Shown: positions 56,314-64,000 of the stretch, piece after piece
Layout of the letters: each line of letters starts with the position of its first letter
How positions within the stretch are numbered: position 1 is the stretch's first letter
Assembly (NCBI GenBank): GCA_020854115.1
Contig: JADZGC010000011.1
Location: forward strand, 5,057-69,056
Source of the DNA: a bacterium
GTDB taxonomy: Bacteria > Patescibacteriota > Saccharimonadia > CAILAD01 > GCA-016700035
Length of the DNA stretch: 64,000 bases
Direction of reading: 5' to 3'
The notes under the pieces: generated by a model
Database searches by the model: none
The model's input: the letters and a program-made list of their open reading frames with translations, nothing else
What the model was told of the DNA's origin: nothing
Program-made: the position numbers and the translations under genes

Positions 56314-56753
56314 TATTTCGTATCGAGGATCTTTTTCAATGCATCAAAGAAGTCTACTGGGCTTGACCAGGTTTCTTCTGCTGGATCAGACTTTGCAAAT
56401 TCATCAACCCCAATATAGTTCGTTTCGAAATACGACTTAAGGATTTCTACTGTGCTGAGTTTCGCGCGATATATGATCCATAATGCTTGCTGTTGATATG
56501 TGCGGTTGATAGCTGGCACGATCAGAATTGGCTGCGCTTCGATAACCGCATCGCATCCGAGCTCTTCACGTATCTCGCGTCGCAGTGCACTATGCAGATC
56601 CTCGCCCCATTCCAAGCCGCCGCCCGGCATATCCCAGCTGTCGCGTTCTCGCACAACAAGTAGTTGATTATGTTCGTTTGTGATAAGTGCTTTCACACTG
56701 ACTCGGTAATAGCAGTTTGGTACATCTGGGCCCATCTTCATAAAACACATCAT
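56310..56753 (-). CDS. Nudix hydrolase
   Basis: Nudix box GGGLEWGEDLHSALRREIREELG. The upstream part of the long minus ORF overlaps the divergent ABC gene start, so ATG near 56753 is preferred. Confidence 0.7.
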   Translation of the reverse strand: MMCFMKMGPDVPNCYYRVSVKALITNEHNQLLVVRERDSWDMPGGGLEWGEDLHSALRREIREELGCDAVIEAQPILIVPAINRTYQQQALWIIYRAKLSTVEILKSYFETNYIGVDEFAKSDPAEETWSSPVDFFDALKKILDTKY

Positions 56754-56829
56754 ACGATCCGGACGTACATTCGTCAAAGGTCTGAAGCGAGTGTGTGATC
56801 CACCTATCGTCTGGGTATATAATAAGAGT

Positions 56830-57711
56830 ATGAAGCGCTCTGCCTCAGCGATTAGTATCAAGAAGCTCAACAAGTCGTTTGGCAGTAAGCATGCTCTCAA
56901 AGACGTGAGCTTCGCAATTCCCGAAGGACAGATATCGGGTTTTTTGGGGCCGAATGGTGCTGGCAAGACCACAACTATCAGATGTCTGATGGATTTTATT
57001 CGTGGCGATAGCGGAGAGATCAAAGTTTTGGGGATGGACGCGCGCGAGGATAGTGTGGCGCTCAAAGCGAAGATCGGTTACGTCCCCTCTGATCATCAGC
57101 TCAACGAAAAATGGACAGGGGAACAGCATATCACATATATCTCCCAAGCTCGCGGTGTATCGGGTACTGCGCCAGAGATTGTGGAGAGAATGCATCTTGA
57201 TGTGGGATCAAAAGTAAAGAATCTCTCGAGTGGTAATAAGCAAAAACTTTCCATCATTCTTGCGCTTATCGGCAACCCATCATTACTCGTGCTAGATGAA
57301 CCTACGCAAGGGCTCGACCCGCTGTTTCAAAACGAAATTTATGAGATCTTGCGTGATTTTCAACAAACAGGTGGTACTGTCTTGATCTCGTCACATAATC
57401 TCAGTGAGGTACAGCGTCTGTGTAGCCGAGTTGTGATTATCCGCGATGGCCAAATTATTGCTGAAGAGCCACTCGATAGTTTGCGTGCGCTCAATACCCA
57501 TGAAATAACAGTCCGGTTTGCCAAGAAAGTATCCCCGAAAGTATTTGAGCGAGATGGTGTTGTTGTGACAGCTCACGCACCAACAGAAATATCCATGAAA
57601 GTGCGTGGCGGCCTGGATGCTGTTGTGAAGCAACTCGCAGCCTACTCTGTGGTCGACTTGCAAGTTACTCATGCGTCACTAGAAGAAGTCTTTATGGAGA
57701 TGTATCAATAA
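56830..57711 (+). CDS. ABC transporter ATP-binding protein
   Basis: Walker A GPNGAGKTT, signature LSSGNKQKL, Walker B LLVLDEPTQGLD. Confidence 0.9.
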   Translation: MKRSASAISIKKLNKSFGSKHALKDVSFAIPEGQISGFLGPNGAGKTTTIRCLMDFIRGDSGEIKVLGMDAREDSVALKAKIGYVPSDHQLNEKWTGEQHITYISQARGVSGTAPEIVERMHLDVGSKVKNLSSGNKQKLSIILALIGNPSLLVLDEPTQGLDPLFQNEIYEILRDFQQTGGTVLISSHNLSEVQRLCSRVVIIRDGQIIAEEPLDSLRALNTHEITVRFAKKVSPKVFERDGVVVTAHAPTEISMKVRGGLDAVVKQLAAYSVVDLQVTHASLEEVFMEMYQ

Positions 57712-58511
57712 TGTATTTGCTCGCACGCACATTGAAGAACCGACTTGTATCGAGTATTGTCTATATTCTTTCTGGAGTAGGTTTTCTGGAGTTGTATATC
57801 GCCCTCTATCCATCACTCTCCAAGGAGATTCAGGCATACGATCAACTGGCGAAGGCGTTTCCTGAGGCACTGATGAAGGCCTTTGGTATTGAGGAGCTGA
57901 TCTTCACGTCGTTTGAGGGATATGTCGCGACTGAGCACTTCAGTTTTATCTGGCCGCTGCTGATTATTTTTATGACTCTAGGATTTGCTGCATCTACATT
58001 GGCGGGCGAAATTGAGCGTAGGACATTGGGCCTTACTTTGTCGCAACCAATCTCTCGAACCAGCATATATTTCACTAAGTATCTGGCTGGCGTACTTATA
58101 ATACTAGCGTTTACGCTAGCCAGTATCTATTCTGTGGTGCCGCTAGCGGCACTGCATGGTGTATCAATTCAGGTCAGTCACTTCTGGAGTATGACCGTGC
58201 TTGGCTTCTGTTTTGGGCTCTGCATGTTGTCGCTTGGTTTTGCGATGAGCGCCATCTTTAGTGAGCGCTCGCATGTGTCGATGGCTGCAGGCGGCCTACT
58301 GGTCGGCATGTATGTTTTGCGTATCGTCGCTGGTCTCAAGGACAGCTGGAAAGATATTGAATACGCATCGATTTTTCATTATCTCAACACCTCGAAAGCA
58401 CTTCTGCGTGGTGAGTTGGTAGGTCAAGATATAGCTGTTCTCCTTGGTGCCTCAGTTCTCCTCACACTACTAGGATGGGTGATATTTGTCCAACGTGATG
58501 TAGCTGTGTAG
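57711..58511 (+). CDS. ABC-2 type transporter permease
   Basis: Six-TM membrane protein translationally coupled to the ATPase. Confidence 0.75.
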   Translation: MYLLARTLKNRLVSSIVYILSGVGFLELYIALYPSLSKEIQAYDQLAKAFPEALMKAFGIEELIFTSFEGYVATEHFSFIWPLLIIFMTLGFAASTLAGEIERRTLGLTLSQPISRTSIYFTKYLAGVLIILAFTLASIYSVVPLAALHGVSIQVSHFWSMTVLGFCFGLCMLSLGFAMSAIFSERSHVSMAAGGLLVGMYVLRIVAGLKDSWKDIEYASIFHYLNTSKALLRGELVGQDIAVLLGASVLLTLLGWVIFVQRDVAV

Positions 58512-58672
58512 ATCGCTCAAGCTTGCTTAAGTACTAGCGAAAAGCGCACAATATATGTATTCCGATTCAGATTACGGAATGTACTGAACACTAAATGTAT
58601 TGCATTTAATATGAAGACCACGGGTGTGTGCACTTCAGCGCCGTGGTGCTATAAGAAAGAGGTGAAAACGCT

Positions 58673-60187
58673 ATGGATCCAATTACAATTGGCGCCGTAA
58701 TTGTCGCGCTAGCCGCCGGCGTGGGCGCAAAAACTGTCTATGATCAAACTCAAACTAAGGCAAAAAAAGGCGAGGCAAGCAAGATTATCGATGAGGCTAA
58801 GGCCAAGGCAAAAGAAGAAGTCTTGAAGGCAAAAGAAGACGCTGTGAAGGTTTTGGAAGACGCTAAAGCAGAAGAAAAGAAGATTCGTGAACGGCTTGAT
58901 GAAGCTGAGAAACGTGTTGCAAATCGAGAAACGTCGCTGGATGCAAAATTCTCAGAGCTCGAGCGTAAGAGCGACGCGCTCAAAGAAAACGAAAAAGAAA
59001 TCGAAGCGATTAAGGATGAGTTGCGTGCTATCCGGGCGAAGCAGGAGGAAAACCTCGAAAAAATTGCCAAGATGAAGAAGGCCGATGCGGCCGCTAAGAT
59101 CATGGAAATGACTGAGAAGGAAATTAAGCATGACCTCACGGAACTTATCGAGAAGCGTAAACGCGAAGCAAAAGAACTTGCTGATCATAATGCGACCGAG
59201 ATCATGGTCGAGGCGATGGAACGGATGGCGACCGAAGTTGCGACTGAGCGTGTCGTGACGACGGTGCCGTTGCCGAGCGATGACGTGAAGGGTCGCATTA
59301 TCGGGAAGGAAGGACGAAACATCCAGGCGCTTGAGCGAGCGACGGGTGTTGATATTCTTGTCGACGAAACACCAGGAGTCGTCGTAGTTTCTGGCTTTGA
59401 CCCAGTGCGTCGGCAGGTGGCTCGCGTAGCGCTTGAGAAGCTCATCAAAGATGGCCGGATCCATCCGGCTCGTATCGAAGAGGTTGCCAAGAAGGCTCAT
59501 GGTGAGATCGAAAACGAGATCAAAAAAGCCGGTGAAGAAGCTGGTCGCGAAGCTGGGGTAGTTGGCTTGCCGCCAGAGATCGTGCGCCTCATGGGTTCGA
59601 TGAAATTCCGTACAAGCTATTCGCAGAATGTGCTCAAGCACTCAGTCGAGATGGCTCACCTCGCGGCGATGATTGCCGAAGAAGTTGGAGCGGATGTACG
59701 TATTTCTCGTCGCGCTGCCTACCTGCACGACCTCGGTAAGGCTGTCACGCATGAGATGGAAGGTAAGCATCATCACTTGACGCGCGTACTTCTCGAGAAA
59801 TACGGGCTAGATGAGCCAACTATTCATGCTGCAGAAGCCCATCATGACGACATCGAAGCTACCACACCAGAGGCTGTCATCGTGCGCGCGGTGGATGCAC
59901 TCTCGGCAGGTCGTCCGGGCGCTCGCGGTGATAGTGTTGAAAACTTCGCTAAGCGCATGACTGATCTAGAAAACATCACCAAGACGTTTCCGGGACTTGA
60001 GAAGGTCTATGCTATGTCGGCCGGTCGCGAGATTCGCGTATTTGTGAAGCCTGCGGAGATCGATGATCTATCGGCGATTCGACTGGCGCGAGATATTGCC
60101 AATAAGATCGAAGCAACACTCAAATATCCAGGTACGATCAAGGTGAATGTGATTCGTGAGACTCGGGCTGAGGAATATGCCAAGTAG
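58673..60187 (+). CDS. rny: ribonuclease Y
   Basis: N-terminal TM, long coiled coil, KH domain (GRIIGKEGRNIQALE), HD domain (HDLGKA). Confidence 0.95.
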   Translation: MDPITIGAVIVALAAGVGAKTVYDQTQTKAKKGEASKIIDEAKAKAKEEVLKAKEDAVKVLEDAKAEEKKIRERLDEAEKRVANRETSLDAKFSELERKSDALKENEKEIEAIKDELRAIRAKQEENLEKIAKMKKADAAAKIMEMTEKEIKHDLTELIEKRKREAKELADHNATEIMVEAMERMATEVATERVVTTVPLPSDDVKGRIIGKEGRNIQALERATGVDILVDETPGVVVVSGFDPVRRQVARVALEKLIKDGRIHPARIEEVAKKAHGEIENEIKKAGEEAGREAGVVGLPPEIVRLMGSMKFRTSYSQNVLKHSVEMAHLAAMIAEEVGADVRISRRAAYLHDLGKAVTHEMEGKHHHLTRVLLEKYGLDEPTIHAAEAHHDDIEATTPEAVIVRAVDALSAGRPGARGDSVENFAKRMTDLENITKTFPGLEKVYAMSAGREIRVFVKPAEIDDLSAIRLARDIANKIEATLKYPGTIKVNVIRETRAEEYAK

Positions 60188-60295
60188 ATCACGTGAGTAA
60201 GTAGACTTGTGCAATACAGTTTGATGCATTACCATAAGCGAGATACTATTAGCACATAAGCTCTGATCAGAAAAAGATCCAGAAGGAAAGATACT

Positions 60296-60508
60296 ATGCC
60301 GCGGAAAACATCAAAACAAACGAAGGGCCCACGACCAATACGTTCGGGGAGGAATGCCGTAAAGCGCACTCCTAAAGCTGATGTTAGTATTACGAGACGC
60401 ACCATCAATGAACCAGTTTGGATCTGGGTTCTTATAGCAGCTCTGATTATGTTTATTGTCTGGTATATATGGGCATGGCTGACACCTAGCGCTCCGTATG
60501 TAGGTTAG
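60296..60508 (+). CDS. small basic membrane protein
   Basis: AGAAGGAAAG RBS. 70 aa with a Lys/Arg-rich N-terminus and one TM helix. Confidence 0.5.
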   Translation: MPRKTSKQTKGPRPIRSGRNAVKRTPKADVSITRRTINEPVWIWVLIAALIMFIVWYIWAWLTPSAPYVG

Positions 60509-60582
60509 ACAGCGTTGAGCTCGAAACCCATCGTAGCTCAATACCTGGACTTACAGCTAAAAAAAGACTATAATTATCCCTT

Positions 60583-61377
60583 ATGAAAATCCTCCACATA
60601 GGTGATGTAGTGGCTCGGCACGGTCGACGTGTCGTCCAGAAATTACTCCCAGGCTTGATAGAAGAGTATGGGATTGATTTTGTGATCGCCCAGTCTGAGA
60701 ATATGGCGACTGGCAACGGCTTAACAGTCAAGGCTGTGCAAGAACTACAAAAAGCAGGTGTAGATTTCTTCACTGGGGGTAATCATAGCTTCAAGAAGCC
60801 AGCATTTGATGAGCAGTTTAATGACGCTAGCGTGCCTGTTGTTCGCCCGGGCAACTATGCACACGACAAGCCTGGTCGTGGTCATGCCGTGATCGACACG
60901 CCCTATGGAAAGGTGTTGATCGTGAATGTGATTGGCAATCTCTACAATGGTCTCGAGGTCGACAATCCATTGCAGTATGTCGACGAAGTACTCGCGAGAT
61001 ACGAGCACGAAACATTTGCCGCTCGCATTGTGGACTTCCATGCTGAGCTTACGAGCGAGAAGATCGCACTCGGCTATTATCTCGATGGGCGAGTGACGAC
61101 GGTGGTCTCGAGTCACACCCATGTACCGACCGCTGATGCTCGAGTGCTGCCTGGCGGGACTGCGACAATCTCTGATCTTGGTATGACTGGACCGGCGAAT
61201 GAAGTATTAGGTGTTAAGAAGGAAATCATCATCGAAGTAATGCGAACTGGCAAGATGCGACCTTTTGAACGGCCAGAAAAGGGACCGGGTGTCTTGCAGG
61301 GTCTCCTGGTGGATGCTGATCCGACTACAGGCAAAGCTCGTTCGGTAGAGCAGGTTTTAGAATCTATCGATATATAA
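60583..61377 (+). CDS. ymdB: YmdB-family metallophosphoesterase (2',3'-cyclic-nucleotide 2'-phosphodiesterase)
   Basis: MKILHIGDVV...GNH motif set of the TIGR00282 family. Classic rny-ymdB linkage. Confidence 0.85.
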   Translation: MKILHIGDVVARHGRRVVQKLLPGLIEEYGIDFVIAQSENMATGNGLTVKAVQELQKAGVDFFTGGNHSFKKPAFDEQFNDASVPVVRPGNYAHDKPGRGHAVIDTPYGKVLIVNVIGNLYNGLEVDNPLQYVDEVLARYEHETFAARIVDFHAELTSEKIALGYYLDGRVTTVVSSHTHVPTADARVLPGGTATISDLGMTGPANEVLGVKKEIIIEVMRTGKMRPFERPEKGPGVLQGLLVDADPTTGKARSVEQVLESIDI

Positions 61378-61420
61378 TCGCTAGCGTTTTACCGTAGGCT
61401 TGATACAATAAGTTTAAGCT

Positions 61421-62743
61421 ATGGAAGAGCTCGAAAAGTCGATCGAAAAAACCCTCGAACAGCCCGTCAAATGGTCGCGCATTCGTCGCTTCTTCAAGCG
61501 GCTTGGTCCAGGCTTGGTAACCGGAGCGGCTGACGATGATCCATCAGGGATCGGCACGTATTCTCAGACTGGTGCCCAGTTTGGCTATCACTTAGTCTGG
61601 ATGATGCCATTTATGCTGCCACTCATGACGGCTGTACAGGAGATGGCAGGGCGAATCGGACTTGTGACTGGCAAGGGGTTGGCGCAAGTCATCAAAGAAA
61701 ACTACAATCGGTGGTTCTTATATATCGCTGTGTTTTGTTTGGTATTTGCGAATGTCGTGAATATCGGTGTCAATATCGGCGCTATGGCGGCATCTGCAAG
61801 ACTCATTGTCGATCTGCCGTTCGTGTGGTTAACGCTGTTCTTTACGGTTGCGATAGTTATTCTCGAATTAGTCATCCCATATAAACGATATGCGAAGGTC
61901 CTGAAGTGGTTATGCCTATCGCTTTTTGCCTATGTTGTTACAGTTTTTCTCGTGGCCGTACCGTGGCCTGAGGTGTTTGGGCATGTGGTATGGCCACATT
62001 TTGAGCTAAATAAAGAATTTGTCATGGCAATGGTTGCGCTGCTCGGCACTACTATTTCGCCATATCTGTTCTTTTGGGAGCCAAGTCAAATAGTAGAGGA
62101 GGAGATCGAGCATCGGTGGACGGGTATTACAACTGATGAGGTGAAGTTATCACCGGGCAAAGTACGGCGCTTTCGGGTAGATAATTTCACAGGCATGTTT
62201 ATCTCGCAGATGATTGCATTCTTTATCTTAGTAACCGCCGCCGCGACACTGCATGCATCAGGGATTACGAGTATCGAGACTGCCGACCAAGCCGCTAAGG
62301 CTCTCGAGCCACTGGTTACTGCCTTCCCAAATTCGGGCCAGTTTGCATCATGGATCTTTGCAATCGGCATTATTGGCACCGGTCTCCTCGCCGTACCTGT
62401 ATTGGCGGGCTCAGCTGCGTATGCAGTCAGTGAGGCGGTGGGTGCCAAGGAAGGTCTATTTCGCAAGGTAAAGCGTGCGCCGGTTTTTTATGGTGTTATT
62501 GCACTCGCCACGCTGATGGGTCTGCTCATCAATTTTGTCGGTATCCCGCCAATTACGGCACTCTATCTCTCAGCGGTTATTAATGGTGTAATGGCGGTAC
62601 CGTTGATCTTCATTATTCTGAAGGTCGGCTCAAATAAGAAGATCATGAAAGATTACGTGAACGGTCCGTGGTCAAAAACTATCACGACGATTGCATTGGT
62701 TGTGATGCTCACTGCTGCTTTGTTGATGTTTGTGCTTAGGTAG
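61421..62743 (+). CDS. mntH: NRAMP-family divalent metal cation transporter
   Basis: Eleven or so TM helices. GPGLVTGAADDDPSGIGTYSQ and MPFMLPLMTAVQEMAGRIG motifs. Confidence 0.75.
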   Translation: MEELEKSIEKTLEQPVKWSRIRRFFKRLGPGLVTGAADDDPSGIGTYSQTGAQFGYHLVWMMPFMLPLMTAVQEMAGRIGLVTGKGLAQVIKENYNRWFLYIAVFCLVFANVVNIGVNIGAMAASARLIVDLPFVWLTLFFTVAIVILELVIPYKRYAKVLKWLCLSLFAYVVTVFLVAVPWPEVFGHVVWPHFELNKEFVMAMVALLGTTISPYLFFWEPSQIVEEEIEHRWTGITTDEVKLSPGKVRRFRVDNFTGMFISQMIAFFILVTAAATLHASGITSIETADQAAKALEPLVTAFPNSGQFASWIFAIGIIGTGLLAVPVLAGSAAYAVSEAVGAKEGLFRKVKRAPVFYGVIALATLMGLLINFVGIPPITALYLSAVINGVMAVPLIFIILKVGSNKKIMKDYVNGPWSKTITTIALVVMLTAALLMFVLR

Positions 62744-62749
62744 AAGATT

Positions 62750-63478
62750 GTGACTTTCCCGCTATACTCTGCAGGTCCGATTTGCACCGGGTATGACTGT
62801 TTATTGTTTACTATTCCATTTTATATCGACCAATACGCTTGGCTTGTCGTTGGAGTTATTGCTTTATGTATTGCTTTTGGTCGCTTAGTCTTCACGAAGC
62901 GTGTTGATCGAATTGTTGGCATCTTTCTCGCCGCAGGTGTTTGTGTGCTACTAATTGGCTGGTATCGTTCGTATACTCACCGGCATCGATTTGACGCCCA
63001 GAGCCGATCTGCAATTACATTACTTGGATCAGACGCACTATGGCCTTCATCGTTACCAGATGGCTGGAGGCTAACACGACTTGTCAGTGAGGTATATGGC
63101 AAGGAGCCTCAGTCGGCGTATGTTTATGCAACATTTCAGGTCAAGGGGGACGATGCACCACATACGCTGCACGAATTTAATGAGAAACATACCAATAATG
63201 AGGGATACGCTTGCGGCTACGTTACGCCAGAAGATAGTTTGAGCCAGAACACAAATAGGGCGAGTCTGGATGTCGGGTGCAGCGAGTTATATACCCTACC
63301 CTCCAATAGAGTGGTGTACAAAAGACCGATATCAAATTCTCGTCGAGTAGAATATTTTATGCGCCAAGATGGTTTAGTTGTTGTGCTTGAATCGAAAGCC
63401 GACGAGAATCACATCAAGGCCTTCTTTGCCCGCCTCGAGAAGACACCTGCCGACAAGTTGCCATTTATAGCTGAGTAA
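62750..63478 (+). CDS. hypothetical membrane protein
   Basis: Two N-terminal TM helices then a soluble domain. No family recognised. Confidence 0.45.
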   Translation: MTFPLYSAGPICTGYDCLLFTIPFYIDQYAWLVVGVIALCIAFGRLVFTKRVDRIVGIFLAAGVCVLLIGWYRSYTHRHRFDAQSRSAITLLGSDALWPSSLPDGWRLTRLVSEVYGKEPQSAYVYATFQVKGDDAPHTLHEFNEKHTNNEGYACGYVTPEDSLSQNTNRASLDVGCSELYTLPSNRVVYKRPISNSRRVEYFMRQDGLVVVLESKADENHIKAFFARLEKTPADKLPFIAE

Positions 63479-63495
63479 GGCATGATAGGTCAGAT

Positions 63496-64000
63496 ATGAA
63501 TATGCGACCAAATTTTGCGCTTATTACCGGTGCGTCATCAGGTATCGGTCTAGAACTCGCTCACGTCTACGCATCCCGGGGGTACAATCTCGTAATTGTT
63601 GCTCGTGATCAGGATAAGCTGTACAAAGTTGCCAAGACACTGACTCGTGAATACGGCCAACAGGTTGAAGCAATCACGCTCGATCTGACGGCTCCAAAGG
63701 CAATCGATACATTGATGCGGCATTTGCACAAAGAAAAAATTCAAATTGATACATTGATTAATAACGCTGGCTTTGGACTCTTTGGTGCGGCGATTGATAC
63801 TGACTTCAAGGTTGAACGGGATATTGTCGAGCTCAACGTATTAGCTGTGACCGAGCTATGCAAACGCTTTGGGGCGCTCATGGCAGAGCGTGGTCAGGGT
63901 GGTATTATGAATGTCGCTTCTACGGCGAGCTTCTTCCCAGGGGTTAATATGAGCGTCTATTATGCGACCAAGGCTTATGTTTTGAGTTACTCTCTGGCCT
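63496..64000 (+). CDS. SDR-family oxidoreductase (3' end beyond the window)
   Basis: Read directly from the sequence: MNMRPNFALITGASSGIGLELA... (TGxxxGxG), NNAG and the catalytic YxxxK (YYATKAY) are present before the window ends. Confidence 0.8.
   Translation, partial: MNMRPNFALITGASSGIGLELAHVYASRGYNLVIVARDQDKLYKVAKTLTREYGQQVEAITLDLTAPKAIDTLMRHLHKEKIQIDTLINNAGFGLFGAAIDTDFKVERDIVELNVLAVTELCKRFGALMAERGQGGIMNVASTASFFPGVNMSVYYATKAYVLSYSLA

Noticed and set aside
58750-59641. Minus-strand ORFs of 129 and 229 codons inside rny
   Set aside because: Antisense to the Lys/Glu-rich coiled-coil region of RNase Y, giving Ser/Phe-rich low-complexity translations. RNase Y is unambiguous.

Overview
The window is a gene-dense bacterial chromosome segment of roughly 50% GC. 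Its gene content and order look like a small-genome, Gram-positive-type organism, possibly a Patescibacteria/Saccharibacteria-like epibiont; that taxonomic call is inference. The features behind it are rny-ymdB synteny, a truncated tsaB, a ComEC without a metallo-beta-lactamase domain, lamin-tail-domain and DUF2207 proteins, and a complete type IV pilus locus.

Housekeeping content read directly from the ORFs:
- lexA
- two ABC exporters
- tilS-ftsH-murJ-lepA
- the heat-shock operon hrcA-grpE-dnaK with dnaJ three genes further downstream, preceded by two tandem CIRCE operators
- ruvC/ruvA/ruvB
- pilin-pilMNO and convergent pilC-pilB
- tsaE/tsaB
- RNase Y-ymdB
- an NRAMP transporter
- four tRNAs: three with anticodon CAT (initiator, elongator Met, putative Ile2) and one Lys-TTT

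Main anomaly: a roughly 3.1 kb block at about 9.65-12.76 kb, immediately 3' of the initiator tRNA. Its base composition is sharply different (GC-rich, Actinomycetota-like codon usage by hand counts). It carries only unrecognisable genes, among them a secreted Pro/Thr-rich SH3b-like protein and a translationally coupled two-gene module.

Other notable items:
- a WhiB-like Fe-S regulator between ruvC and ruvA, a family otherwise typical of Actinomycetota and their phages
- a retropepsin-like / RimK ATP-grasp / DUF1704 zincin / divergent class-I amidotransferase-like cassette
- a Nudix protein fused to a nucleoside-2-deoxyribosyltransferase-like domain
- a PilB ATPase with a long low-complexity insert inside its tetracysteine motif
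- a lexA locus with a palindromic GTTCG/CGAAC operator-like site, a divergent bactofilin-like membrane protein and a 47-aa hydrophobic ORF
- two gene-poor stretches (12.76-13.6 kb and 43.5-44.3 kb)

No CRISPR array, integrase, transposase or rRNA was seen.
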